Assembly (NCBI GenBank): GCA_030704615.1
Contig: CM060732.1
Coordinates: forward strand, 52,142,001 to 52,206,000
Length of the DNA: 64,000 bases
Source of the DNA: Takakia lepidozioides
Lineage: Eukaryota; Plantae; Bryophyta
Reading direction: 5' to 3'
Notes under the pieces: generated by a model
The model's database searches: none
Told to the model about the DNA's origin: nothing
The model's input: only the letters and a program-made list of their open reading frames with translations
Program-made: the position numbers and the translations under genes
In this document: one piece after another, positions 12,551 to 26,600 of the stretch
Layout of the letters: the number at the start of each line of letters is the position of its first letter
How positions within the stretch are numbered: the first letter of the stretch is position 1

Positions 12551-15500
12551 GCAGGTAATTAGGCGTTCAATTGATATATTTTACACTGACTCTGGCACTT
12601 ACACGGTAACATATTAGTGCAACTAGATGAGTCTACTGATTCATAAATCATGGTGAGGTCTTTAATTATCACAGCTGCAAGAGCGTTGCACTGTCGAATT
12701 CTGCATTCCAGTATTGATTGAGTTCAAAATAGTGCGAATAGACAGGATTGGTTTGACAATACTCACTTTAAGTTGACTATGAAGTTGACGTGGGACTTAG
12801 GCCTAGCATGGGGTTCGCCTGCCTGGTTTCATGCAAAATATTCAAACAGACCCGTTTGGTGTGAATTGCAGGCTTAGTGCTTCATGCGAGGCTTCATGCG
12901 AAGTATTGGGATAGACGGGTTTGGTTTGACTATCAAACAGGCATCAAGTGCGGCAATAAAATGGCATTGGGCCTTTTGAGATAAACCTCAAGTGCGTGGA
13001 TTCAGTTTCAAAGTCGATTGTAGATTCGTCAGGGGGCAATGGCTTTCTCATAGTCACGTAGATTCATAAGGTTACAACTACGTGATAGTCACATAGATCA
13101 TAAGGTTACAACTATGTGAATATATAGATACAGATTATATAGCTTGCTAAGTTAGCATAAGGAATTCTGGCTCCAATTTGTAAATACCTGTTGGGCTGTA
13201 GCCGGACCAGAATAACCGGGTACTACGTCTTCTCTCATGTCCATTTCCATTACAATCATAAAATTTTCATGAGATCATTGATCTATTGGATCCATTCGCA
13301 AAGTTAGTTTGCATACTGGTCATATATATGTAACAGAGTCTGACTTTAAGATCTCAGTAGGCCATAGTCTCTGGGCATAGATGTCATACTATTACAAACA
13401 GGTGGTATACTTGTGCGAGGTTGCCTGAACTGATCCAATCAGCCTGTTTCTGGATTATCACGAGAACAGTGTCTTACATTATATCACAAAGCACACTTCG
13501 GAACATACAGTAATAGTTACTTTTTGATAGACAAGCATTATACTACCATGCAGCTACTAAGAACTAGAGTACTGTTCTCATCATGAAGAACACTAAGGAG
13601 ATTCAAAGGGATGTTGCCGAATATATAGTTATGTTTGTATTCCCTACTATAAACATGGAAGTTCAATTATCTTACATGGAAACCAAGCCCCATGGCACCC
13701 AGCCGAAAACTTCTAGGCAATGTTAAGCACCTTAGACTAAAGAGCCTCAACCATAATTACAATAATATAAAACTGTGAAGGAAACTTGCTTAGGTTCAAG
13801 GTGCCTGAGTGGATCATATGTGCGAACCTTTGTTAAATTTTGAGCAAATGAAAGTGAATAATACTTACAGATATCTGTTCTCATCTCGTTCTCATGTTTC
13901 TTTTATCCATAGACGTCAACAAGACAAGTGCAGTTCCATAGTTATAAGTTGAGAGTTAGTTATCATTCATTCATTACCCATAAATCTAATTTGCTCCCTC
14001 ACATCTCGGCCAACTATGCATGCCAACACTTGTTCGAGAGGCTTCACTTGTTCACCACCTCACCATGTATACCTGCTCACTTATACCCTCATCCGCCCCC
14101 TCTTTGTCTCCTACACCAAGTAGATCCGCTGATGGTGAAAACCTGGGAAGAGAGAAAGCAAGATGGCTCATCCACATTCGCCATCGAAGACTGGAATCGA
14201 AGATCTTGGGGTGCAGGGTTACCCCAAGATGACTGTACCAACTACAAATCACACATCCCCCAAACTGACACTATTTCTAGAGATGATTCATTAATACATA
14301 CAGGTCAGGTGGCAGCACCCTGGGGAGGCAACTCCCTTACAGTCACGGGGGTCACCGGCCGGGAAAGCACATATCAAGGACGCATTTTTGTTCAATTCAA
14401 ACCTGAACTACATCTGGAGATTATCGTTTTTGGGTCATTTCATTGCTTACACTCATTTGTCCCCCAAGGATTTCAACGACATCCTGACACCCGTTTTCCT
14501 GAAGGGAATCAGATATGGATTGAAAACCTGGTTGAAGGGAAATGGAGACATCCAATCACTCTAACAGCTTCATATTTGGCGAACCCAGATGACTAGACCT
14601 CAAATCTATGAACGAAACAGTTTAGCCACTGTCAAACTGACTCCAAAGAATTGGCCATATATATACTTCATATGTAGTCAATGCAACAAGACCATATATA
14701 ACATATATGGAAGGTCTATGCGAAAATCAGATCAAAATATTGAGAGTGGGAGGTTTCAGAGAGAGAGAGAGAGACGAGAGAGAAGAGAGAGTGCTGCAGT
14801 TTGTGCTGCAACTTGTAGGGGAAGTGTTTTAAAGCCAAAGTTTGCAGTTCCAAGTATCCCCACTTATTAATTAGGAGTAGATAAAGTCTAAGTTGGTGCA
14901 CACTCCAAATCCAAGCAGGGCCACTTCAAATGATCCGGCCATTGTTTATAAACCACTTCCGTACATCAAAAATTCTGCAAACTAAGCAAATGTATATCTA
15001 TGTGAGCTGTACATGGATATTCTTTGTACATTGTAGATGCCATTGAATGAGATGGACTCTGCTAATATCCTACAGCTAACTGCAATGCGTTGGAGATGCT
15101 TTTCAAGATGCGTATTGTACTGTGAGCTACAGTGGCTTCACGTCGGTCTCGGGGGCCCAAGAAGGGTAGGCCCCCAAGGTAAACGATCGTGGCGACTAGC
15201 CGTACGGGACACCGACTCAATTGTGCACAGACACTTCACTGTAAGTTTGGCAGTGATCTGAATATGGGTTTATTGGATGTGGGTTTAATCGATGAAGCCT
15301 GTTTTCATTTCATCTCTCTCCCGCAAATTAAGACCAATTTCACTTTCGGAAATGGGCATACTAAAATGAAATGGGGTCACTAAGCTATTATGTTCAGGCC
15401 TGAATCACTCCAGGTTTCCTTTTCAAAAAGAACATAAAAGAAACCCCATATGTAGCATTGATAAGCTTAAATATATTATAAATATAAGCTTATAAATATT

Positions 15501-18500
15501 GTTTACATTTTCTATCCATTTGGAAGGAGAACCCAAATGGATGAGTATTATCTGGTTAACCAAAGCGGGTGGGGGTAAGGTTGTAGGGAGTGGGGAGGGG
15601 GTGATAAAGGCATGAAGGATGGTCAGCCCTTCCGCTCTCTCCAAGAGATGGTTGTGTCGGTGTTCTCCCTAGGCATGGCCAGCTAGCTTTAGTTGTGGCG
15701 TCTGTCATTTGTGATCTTGGTTTGTGATGTTGGAGCTCTTTCCATCTCCAGGAAGAGCTACCTCTGAGAGCTGGGAGATGGGAAAGTGGATGCGCAAGAT
15801 CCGGGAGCCGATAAAGAAAATGTGGGGCACCGTCACGAGGCAATTGAAGCCCCGTGGGCGGTTGACGAAGCTACATTCCCCACCTAGCCATTCTCCTTGC
15901 AAAGGTTTGTAGTGAGGATTTCTCAACTCGAACTTGACGAAACGTTTGGCGAAGGTGTATTGTATTGTGAGATATCCAGACATCTAGGCCCCAGTTATTG
16001 CTGAAAATTTTGTCATGAATTTGAACGTTGCTGATTGAACTTAACGGAACGCTTACGGTTTATATATGATCAGGAGGAATGGGCTGCTATTACACGGCCC
16101 TTTACCTTCTCCCAATCGTCCGCTCTCTCGAGGAAGGTTTGCTATGTTCAATTAATTCAAGTGCAAATATCTTCAACAACAGATCATGGGGCCTCTGTAT
16201 CTGAAAAATCTGGGAACTTCACTGAACTTTGTGGCTAGAGTAAGTGGTTGCCTGTTACAACCTTTGCCTTTCCCCCTTTCCCTCCTCCCAATTGTCCGTC
16301 TCTTGGATCCAGGGTCTATTGAAGTGAGGATTCCTCAAGTTGAACTTAATCAAATGTTGGAGGGAGGTGGACTGTTGTGTGAGATTTGGCAGATATTGAG
16401 ACCCATTTGTTGTTTGGATGACGTTTGTACTCAAATATAGTTCGAAGTTGTGGGAATGGGAGTGGCCCAAACACTGCCAGGTTACTTTTACCGTTTTCCT
16501 TCTTCACCATTAATCGCCGGGTCTGGCCCGGAGGGATTGTTGTTTGAGGATTCGTCAACTTCAACTTAAGGGAAACGTTGGGCGAGTTGGATTATACAAG
16601 TATGAGAGATACCGAAGCCCCCTTCGTCGTTGAAGATGTTTCCACTTGATTGTAGTTGACTAATCAGATTGTTATAGCTGGGACTGGCTGAAGTAAGTAC
16701 TGTTAATACACCCCTTGCATTCCATCGGTAAATATCAATATCTAATAGACTTCCTAGTGGATTTTGTAGGGCTTGGCTTTGGGCATGATAGTTTATACAG
16801 TGACGACCAGCCATGCAGTTACCATGAGGATGTTCCCTTGCTCCTCGGAACTACATCAACAAGCTGGCCACCTGGCTTTGGATTCGAATGTGCATGCAGG
16901 TCCCGGCTCGGAAAATCACTTGGCTAGTGGAGACGACAGTGATGATCAGTTGCCTAACATGACCGACAATACTTGGGCACATGTTATTACCAAGATTGGT
17001 AGAGGTCATGGTAGTGTCTCAGATTCCACAGAAGCTTTGGATGGAAGCCCTCGCGTCTCTGGAGCTAGTGGAGATTGATACACAATGGAATAGACACCTT
17101 AAACTCTTTAATAAAGTTGTCAGTTTGTAAGTATTTCGGTTACTTGCTAAGATAACTTAGTTTCCGCGTACATTTGCAAGAACGTATGTACTAATGTAAT
17201 AATGTATGACACCTCCCCAAGGAAGTGCAAATTATGGTGTCTCTTCACAATTGTTTGAACCCACAACCACTTCAAAGGTGGTATATGCCTATTACCACTG
17301 GGCTACAACGTGGTACTTGAGTATGAGTCACTTAGCTCTCTTGCTTTGCTAGGTGAATTGTTCTTATGTTTTGGGAGGTTGAGTAGCACGCACTCAATGG
17401 AGCATAAGACAAAATGCCCGAAATTCCACAAATATTCCTGAAAAGATGCTACGGCGAAATTTAAAATGTGGAATTTGTGCTCACGGGACCATTTTGTGCT
17501 CATGTGCACAAGGCAGGCGAAATTGGGGCATAAGCAATATCCGGTCAGTGCCTTATGCATCAAAAATCCCCGTTGCTTAATACGGGGGGATTTAGTCCAG
17601 TGCATGTGACTCTCGATTAAATCAGCAATACGTGAAACAAAAATGATTTTATTCTGTTTCGCCCACGAAAGCATGGGTACAGACATTCCACAATAAGCAC
17701 ATAACAATTCATTAGCAAAATAAAACAATCCCGCGTCCTCTCTTAACACAACACATTTTGTTTCGCCACGAAACCATTGGATAATGACCTACCCAGCGAT
17801 ACCTAGAAATTTCGCTGGCGAAACCTATTATTTCGCTAGCGAAATCCATTATTCGCTGGCACAACCCATTATTTCGTAGGTGAAACCCGATGCCTTGATT
17901 TATTTTCCTACCGAAACCCGTTGTTTACCTCATTATAGTAAATTATTCAAATTATTGTTTGGTATTTGTGTGTTTTGGATGGTGTTGGTTATTGTGACTT
18001 TGTTTTTCCTTGATGTGTTATTCTTTTGTAGGATACCAAAGTTGTAGATATGTGGAACTTGGAGCTTGAGGATATACATTATGGGTGTCTATTTTCATTA
18101 GGGTTTAGGGTTTAGGGACATAATTAGGAACATGATAGGACAGAAATAGGCACACAACTAACATTTTCGCTATTTTGGAACCCTATTTGCATGAATCTAT
18201 TTCCGTGAAACCATATGTACCCTATTGCCGTGTTTTTGTGCTCACCGGTGTGCTCGTGTTCTACCAACCCCCCTGTTTTGGCTAGGCTTGTAGCAAGATG
18301 GATCAGGCTATTAGAATACAAGGACAATTTGTTAGCTTTATTTTAACCCTTAACTTCCTATGCGTCCCGATTCGGGTTGCGACCTGCGAGAAAAAAAGGG
18401 ATATCTTTTGAGATTTTATTGAAATTAAATGATTGCTGAAGCAATAAATTTGCTGACAACATGGTCCCCACCCACAAATTGAATTGAAAGCATTTGGAGT

Positions 18501-19059
18501 AAAACCGTAAAACCGTGACCTACAGAATTTTGCAAAAACGTTTGGGTTAGGTAAGGAGAGGGGCGAGGCAGGGTTGACCACCTACGTGGTGATTTTATAT
18601 TGGTGTATGCAACTGTAGCTCTACTCCAAAACACTTGGCCCCACTTAGGCCTCAAATTTTGGAAAATTCACCATTGGATTTTCAAAAATTCACATTCTGA
18701 TGAGGATCATAAGAACTCATTCTGTCACGGCTAGAATAGAAAAAAAAATCTTGGATTTCTATACACTTTCTAACAATGTTAGAAACTCCATGTTCTGGCC
18801 CATATCTGAACCCCCCAAAGTACACATACAAAAGAGCATGTAGCATCCTTCGGCAATTTGGCATGAAATTTTATGCATGCTTGCATACCTTGGAATAGGA
18901 TATGGCCATGGGTGCGGCGGGCCCAGAAAAAATCAACCCGATACTGCCATTCCTTGGTCAAACCTGACAATGCAAGTTTCTCAAATTCCCCTAAAAAAAA
19001 AAACCCCCCACCAAAGCACTATAATCTTAAAATTCTTGTAGTGGAGTTCTTTGCAATTT

Positions 19060-20112
19060 GATATATGGATGTATATGGTAGGTAACGATTGATTTATAGG
19101 GTTCATGGTTTTGGATATACTATGGCAAGTGGGTAGCTTGGTTCTACTCTCCAGGGGTAGGAAATATTAAGGGCAAAAAAACTCTATCTGTAGGAAGTTA
19201 AGGGTTAACATAGGCTTTGTTAATTCTAGAGTATAAAGATAGATCAGTCCTCCCTTTGGTGTCGCAACTTTATGGCACCGACATATTGCACCAAAACTGT
19301 TTTGTTTTATCCCCTAGTTAGATCGCCTTTATGGTTGTTGCATACTTTGGGCCATCGTCATGTAGGTAAATAGGTTAGTTCTTGCTCTCTTTGTATTTAG
19401 GTTCAATGGATCCTCTGGAATAGTACTTTGTGAGTTTAACATGGTATCAGAGCCAGAGGGAAGACCTTGGGAATCACTTTACTAAGTGTCGAAAATCACT
19501 AGGAATCATTTCTATGTGTTTGTCTTGGTGTGCAGCCTTGCTCCACCATACTGATATCTATTGAGTTATTTTTTATCTTGAATCTAGTGTGAGCACTGCT
19601 CCAGCTAACTACTTCTATACTAACCTACAATGCAAGTATTTGGTTGTCGACTAATCATGTGCTACTAACGTTATAAAATCTCTTACAAATACATATGCAT
19701 CATGAACAATAGATAGTGTTTCTTTTCTTTTCTTTTCTTCTTCTTCTCAGTCACAATGACTACTGACGGGGTGACTACTGACGGGGAGAATATGGGATTA
19801 GGATTCTCTGAATAAAACAAGCTAGTTGGTAGATCTAACTATGTTGTATGGAGTTTCAAGGTTAACAATCGTCTATGTGAGATGACATTTCTCATGTTCT
19901 TGATTCCAAGTTTGAAGTAACTGAGGACAATGAGGAATTGTTTGAGAAACAACAGAAGAAAGCCTTGTCGTTTATTCGGGACACCCTATGTGACAGACTT
20001 ATCCCTTCAGTGAATCGTATAACTAACCCCAAGGAGCTGTGGGATCCTTTAGCAAAGGTGTTTGAGGTCAAATCTATTTCTAGAAGACTCAACATCAGAA
20101 AGAAATTATCAA
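19060..20112 (+). mobile_element. Ty1/copia 5' part: LTR (3' end ...TTAACA at 19441; 5' end uncertain), Met-tRNAi PBS, degenerate gag N-half
   Basis: TGGTATCAGAGC at 19442-19453 immediately after CA; NKLVGRSNYVVWSFKV...KALSFIRDTLCDRLIPSV...PKELWDPLAKVFE...RRLNIRKKL resembles copia gag (UBN2-type). Confidence 0.8.
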
Positions 20113-20534
20113 AAAGAAAAAATATTTCGAAACATAATTCACATGTTTCATTGAAATCCAACCTTATTCCATTCAACGTTTTAATCCATCAAACTTGCAA
20201 TACATTGGTTCATGGTACTACTATACTGTAAGCATGGTATGGATGTTTACTTTTCATTTGTATATTATCTTCTTGAATCATCTGTTTATATCATATATCT
20301 ATCAATTTATTAATAACTTCATTCAATCAATCTTATCTTATAATTTTCTAATGCAAAGTATGTCATTCGACTTACCATTAGATGTTACATGAATGGGATT
20401 GTGCAACTTCACAAGTTAAATGACTCAATAATCCACGATATTATTATTAATACCTGAATTAACTTTAATTATGTTATATATTAAGTTTGGTCCGGATTTA
20501 AGCCAAAAGTTCGGAATTACTTAAAATAGGGTTT

Positions 20535-21120
20535 CTTGAGTCTACATACCAATCAGACTCTTTCCCTACGTCCATGGAAGTTAATGTGACTTCTAGCATA
20601 TAAACTGAGTCGGTAATTTCATCATCCTCAGGGTCAGAGCCGTCTTGATCACTTTGATCATCTTCAATCATGTTGGCTTGCTGTATGGAGCGAATCTTGA
20701 GGATTTCCTTCTATGGCACAGCGCAGTTCGAGCCCACTGGTCGGGCTTGCCGCATCTGTTGTAGAGGTGTTGTGCAGCAGGATGTGGATTTCTTGTTGCG
20801 AAAGTTTCCGAGACTAGCCCCTCCTTCCTTTTGATGAAATTTCTTGAACTTCACCCAAAGTGCCTCATCCTCGTCACTGGTCTTCTTGCTCTTGAGCTCT
20901 CGACGGGATTCTTCATACAAAAACATCCCAGAAAGTTCTTCGAAATCCGGCAATTCTTCTTTGTAAGCAATCATGATTGATTGAGTGTAATGCTCGTATG
21001 AATCTGGCAGGGCATTCAGTACCATCTTTGAAAGAACATCATTCTCTATGGTCTCTCCAAAACAAGCAAGTTGATTCACTAAATTAGTGATTGTGCCTAG
21101 AAATGATTCCATGGACAATT
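20535..21120 (-). mobile_element. Ty1/copia gag C-half, Zn knuckle remnant and protease start, inverted relative to the 5' part
   Basis: SMESFLGTITNLVNQLACFGETIENDVLSKMVLNALPDSYEHY...FEELSGMFLYEESRR, CNRCGK knuckle remnant, ending at SDWYVDS (protease motif). Confidence 0.8.
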
Positions 21121-21124
21121 CATG

Positions 21125-21660
21125 AAATATTATCCCCACCACTTCGACCGTACCCAAAATTGGAAGTAATAAATAAATAAGCATAAAGCATTGAAATTAG
21201 GTTTTAGGGTATAGAATTTGCGAGGGTACTAACCATAATACTCGGTATGAATGGAAAAGAAAATATTGGGAAGGGTACAGATGACTTGTCACCTATGATT
21301 TAGGGTTTAGGGAATAAAATTTTCCAACCACAGATTGTATCTAATCTATGAAGAATGTGCATCAAACAATGGAGTTACGTTTAAGGGCTTAGGGTTTAGG
21401 ATTTAGAGAACTACAAATGGACAAACAATTATGGAATGTGAGTCTTTACGTGGAGGTCGTACAACAATTCAGGAAATATTCCCTCCACTTCGACCACACC
21501 CAAAACTGGAAGCAATAAATTAAATAGGCATCAGACATTGGAATTAGGTCTTAGGGTACGGAGTTGAGTAGTGTAATAAACATACTACTGGGTATGAATG
21601 GACCAAAAAATCTGGGAACGTGTACAAGTGACTTGTCATCTAAGAAATTAGACTTGAATG
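21125..21660. repeat. Degenerate satellite-like repeat containing TTTAGGG motifs (related copy 23990-24270; similar units 50525-51130)
   Basis: gaaattaggttttagggtatagaatttg...ggtatgaatggaaaagaaaatat...gtacagatgacttg recurs at ~21193, ~21541 and ~24019; units carry embedded tttagggtttaggg. Confidence 0.6.
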
Positions 21661-21883
21661 AAATATCCCAAGGGTCATTCTATTATACCCAAGGTCCTAA
21701 TAAGATAAACAGACCCAAGATAAATTGATCTGAGATGACACGGAATAACGGGTGGCAAAGTGAGGTTCAGGACTAATTAGTGACGAAGAAAATTGAAAAG
21801 AATCTTAAGATAATCCGAAAAGGCAATAAAAGAAATGTAACTCTTTACTTGAAGCCAGACTTACAGAAAGCTACTAACGAGTA

Positions 21884-23950
21884 ATGGGAGAAGATTCACA
21901 AAATTCAGAAGATTCAGAAGCAGTAAACCGCGAGAAAACTTGTCTATTGAAGCAACAATTTTCACAAATTGTCACGCGATTTATATTCAGGACATTTTTT
22001 AGACCAATCATATTGAGCCCAACAATACGACCATGTGGACCGAGAATGAAAGAGATGGGCGAATCTGTTGAGGAGAAGACACTTTGATGATAACCAGATA
22101 ACCAAAAGAAATGGGTGTAATGTGAGAGAGGAACTGCAAAGAGAAGGAAGCAGTGACATCAGAAAAACTAGGAACTCCGGATGATCACTCGAGGTTCCTG
22201 AAACGTTACAGAGATGAGGTCCGGAAAAAAGCTGGTGGCTGGCAAAGAAAGTAGATTAATATTTGAACATGTGAAGATAAACAAATGGAGAGTGGAGGTA
22301 AAACATCAGTTTTATTCTTGAAAACATGCCGAGGAGTGAACCTCCACAATATGTCCTTGTCATACTTGTTCTCCGCCAAAGGTTGCATTGTCTTCATTGT
22401 CTGACTGTTGACCTCATCCAAATTTGCTCGTGCTTTCTCCGCCTCCACCGCGATAAATTTCTTAGAGCTATTACGTGTCGTGTTTTTTCTGGTGGGCATT
22501 GCGAAATACATGCATTTCTGTTTGCCCAACTAAAGCTTCTTTTCCATCGAGAATGCAACCGTCCACATACGCCTTGAAATCTGGCACCTCTTGAATGATT
22601 TGAGGAATAAATTGCAGATCCTGAGAGATCATAAAAAACCTCATAAGATCAGAGAGAACATAGATGTTGTTTTGCTGCAGCTTTTTCGATAAATAACTGA
22701 AGAATCCGTCGATGTCCTCATGGGTATGGCCAACCATGAGAAATCCCATCTGAATCTCCTCAAACACTCCTCTCGCAGTTAGGAGCGATATAAAAGCCAA
22801 CATCCACATGTTTTTGTTTTCCTTCCCGCAGTTGTCCAACTGCATGTACAGTTTTCGCTGAAAATGGACTTTTCCTTTTCTCTTCTCCTTATTGCCGAAA
22901 TGTTTTATGACATCGAGACATCTCGATTTACCCTTCATGAGAGATTCGAAAAAAGAATTCTGAGGTGGGTGGTCAAAGATGTTACGATTTTCGCGGCAAG
23001 AGGTTCAGATCTGCACGATAGTTTTTTTTTCCAAATTTGACCTTGATCCACCCTGGGGGTCTATCCTTGGTCTATGTATTTAATGCTCAGGTAGTGTTGA
23101 TATTCCAAACGACAGAGTTAATGTGAATCCACTGAGGGGGATCATCTGGATTGAACTCCCAAATTTTGGACCAACAATCTCTGTACCTGTCCAAATCGGA
23201 AGGGCTACCTCATTTCTTGGGTCTCCACCATTCAACGTGAACCTTCTTAAAATTCCTGGATCCTCTGTCGCGGACTACATCCGATATTGCCATCCCCATC
23301 ACTAGAAACGTCGCAGTATCTACTGGTCGAACCAAGACAAAGAATCCGTTCTCAATATCCTTGATCGGATTTAGAGGCTGCTTGCATCTGTTCAATAATA
23401 TATTGACCAATTGGTTCTTGCATGATTCACATGTCTAACAAACTTTAAATTACTTCAGTCTATCACACCGGGGGCCACAATATGGCTCCAGGACTTCATC
23501 TTCTTCCGACAGATCATCCTCTGCATCCGGCTCTGTGGTGGTTGACAGCCCACTTGGTTGAGGGCCAAAAACCCTCTTTAAGCGCGATTGAATGTTGTGA
23601 TTCTCCAGAAATGGGAAGATCAAGTTCTGCAAGGATTGCTTCCCAGTATTGATCATATTGTATCATGATGTCACGATAATGATCGTCAAGCAACGTCCCC
23701 TTCTTCCAGAACTCCCTGTATTTTTTAATTCCAGTTTTGATAAAAAAAAACTGTTTATCGGATGAGTCATCTCTCACACTCAAATTGGTGTTTTTTTTAC
23801 AGCCCTGGGTTGTACTATTACAGGCAACTTTGGAGATCTATCGGGATTCGACTTCCACATCTTCACCGCACCTTTTTTGGGGAACCACACAGAATCAGTA
23901 GCAAACTTCTTAAACTTCACGACAGGCCAACCATCTTCATCTACAAGGTT
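21884..23950 (-). mobile_element. Degenerate DDE-like transposase remnant (DUF7869 / Sola-type)
   Basis: ORF 22471-22938: LYMQLDNCGKENKN...FLMVGHTHEDIDGFFS; further fragments DGWPVVKFK, GIKKYREFW, FVLVRP with stops and frameshifts. Superfamily assignment is from recalled motif similarity. Confidence 0.6.
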
Positions 23951-24729
23951 TATATAACAACCAAATATTGTGGAAGAGTGTCATGTAGATTCAGCTATAA
24001 AGTCATTGAACCAAGCTGGAATTAGGTTTTAGGTTATAGAGTTTGCTAGGGTACATTGAAACATAGTACTTGGTATGAATGGAAAAGAAAATATGGGAAA
24101 GTGTACAGATGACTTGGCACCTATGAAAATTTGTTAATAAAATATCTCAATCACAGATTGTATCCAAATTTCTATAAGGAATGTGAATCAAACAGTGGAG
24201 TTTGGTTTAGGGTTTAGGGTTTTAGAAAACTGTAAATGGACAAACAATTATGGAGTTTGAGTCTTTACCCATACGTAGGACTTTACGAAAATAGTTATTT
24301 TGAAGGCTCAAAATAGTACATAAAGTTTATTTTACTTCATATTTTTTAGTGGATGTTTTCATTCTAGATTCTTTATCCCTCAAAGCACATTTGATCAAGT
24401 CCATTTTTCTAATTTTCTATTCATCATGCTTTAAACAAATCCATAACGGCCTTTTATATGGTCTATAACAAATCTTATGGACTTGTTCAAAAGTCCATAA
24501 TTTCTAACCATTTGTTTTTTGGTTATGAGACTTGGAATAGGGGAAATATATGTAGTTGAGCCTTCATAGCTTAGTCCATTTTTACTATCAGCATTGTCAT
24601 TTAGGAGTATGATAATTTACAACTAATCAAGGTCCCAAAAAAACAGTGTTATGACAGCATTTTTTATCCACCGTAGGTTGCAACCGCCCAAAAATATGAT
24701 TTCTGTAGGTATTGACAGATTCAGGTCCC

Positions 24730-25165
24730 TTAGGAATTTTAGATCTAGAAAATGTATTTTTGTAGATTCAAAATCTCCACACACGATTAGACTTGGTGGT
24801 ACTAGGGACCCAAAGAATAGTTTGTACAAAGTAGAAGCATACTCTTTACGATCATTAGAATCTCATGTAGTAGAGAGTATTGAAGTTCTCTCAGTAGAAG
24901 ATGATACTTCTGCTAGATTGTGGCATAGACGGCTTGGGGACCCGAACTTTCATGGACTCCACTATCTGTCAAATCACAACAAAGTAGAAGGAATATCGAA
25001 AATTGTCATTACTGAAAGAAGTGTGTGATGTCTCATGGGAAGCAGCACCAGGAGAGATTTCTTCGGTCATCTCAAAATATGACAAAGAAAATCCTTGAAT
25101 TGGTGCATATGGACCTCTGTGGTCCACTCTGAATAGCATCACTCTCATGATCTGTTGAGTTTCTT
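24730..25165 (+). mobile_element. Ty1/copia GAG-pre-integrase and integrase N-terminus fragment
   Basis: NSLYKV...ARLWHRRLGDPNF (LWHxRLGH), followed by ILELVHMDLCGPL with stops. Confidence 0.8.
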
Positions 25166-25869
25166 TGTGTATACGATGAATGATTCGATGGACACTAGTT
25201 GCAACTGAGAAAATTAATTGTCACATAGATGAATTAATATGCCAGATCATAGAATTCAAACTACTTCCCGCCTAACTGTGTTCTCGCCTAACTTGCTATG
25301 GCACCTCTGTGATCTGGTGTAGTTAAATATATGATCGTGAGTATTCTTTACGTTGTAACGTTGTATGAGCATGTTGAGCCTGTAGTTGCTCCGTTTATTA
25401 CAACTAGTCTACTATTCTTCCTTTCTATTCTAGTGAGTATGCATCTACGTTCAACAGGTTAGGGCCCACACGGTACTTGACAAAGTGATCCTTACAAGGA
25501 ATGTAGATTTCTACAAATAGTTTGAAATGATAGTAGTTTATTATTGAACAATAAACTGAGAAAACGTTGAGGCTGGTCGTGCGGTTGAGCTACAGATTTA
25601 GTGTTGAGTTTTTGTTTTACTAAACATAGTAAGAGTTTCAACAGTGTAGATGTAGATCCTAGTTATCATTCCTGACGTGATGTGGCGCTGACACATCGGC
25701 CGTCACGTCCGATGTACGTCACGTCAATCCGGACATTTATCCATGTAATTGTTTGTTTATTTGACTTTTATGATTTACTTCTACCCTTTGTAATGACATG
25801 ACAGCCACGGTGTGAAACAGACGTGGCCAACTATTAATATTTATTCATTATTTTTAAAAATATGTCTGC

Positions 25870-26600
25870 ATATTGGCGGTTGCATATAATTTATTATTTT
25901 TAAAATAAAAGCGACCGCCCATATTGGCGGTCGCCGGTGATTTATTTATTTTTAAATGAAACGACCGCCCATATTGGCGGTCGCCCGTAATTTATTTATT
26001 TTTAAATGAAGCGACCGACCATATTGGCGGTCGCTTGTATTTTATTATATTTTAAAATAAGCGACTGCCTACATTGGCGGTCGGCTGAAGTTTATTATGT
26101 TTTAAATGAAGCGACCGCCCAGATTGGCCGTCGCTCGCACTTTATTATATTATTATTATTATATCTTTGATGTATTCTGTATAAATATAGCGACCACCAT
26201 GTGGCGGTCGCTATATATATATTTTAAATTTAGCGACCGCCATTTAGCAGCGGTCGCTTATTTTTATTTTTATTCTTAAGTAAAGCGACTGCCGTTTGGC
26301 AGTCGCTTCTTCAGTTAATTTTTGAAAAATGTAGCGACCGTCATTTGGCGGCCGTCGCTCTTTTTGTTAATAAAGAATACAGCGACCACCATTTGGAGGC
26401 GGTCGCTCGATTTGATTTTGATTCTTAAATTATACGACCGCCGTTTGGCGGTCGCTTACTTAATATTTTTTTTTAAATGAAGCGACCGCCATTTAGCGGC
26501 GGTCGCTTATTTGATATATATATTTAAAAAGCAGCGACCGCCATGTGGCAGTCGCTCTTCTTGTTTTAATAAATATAGCGACCGCCATGCGGCGGTCGCG
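25870..26600. repeat. Array of ~14-15 palindromes GCGACCGCC-N4-6-GGCGGTCGC with A/T-tract spacers, ~50-bp period
   Basis: Directly visible units at ~25911, 25961, 26011, 26061, 26111, 26190...26578. Confidence 0.9.

Noticed and set aside
13928-14596. 222-aa ORF
   Set aside because: Non-ATG start, no recognisable motifs; possibly decayed TE sequence.
17760-19050. Short TTCGCTGGCGAAA-type repeats and a TTTAGGG stub suggesting a DNA-transposon end
   Set aside because: No matching second terminus or TSD found.
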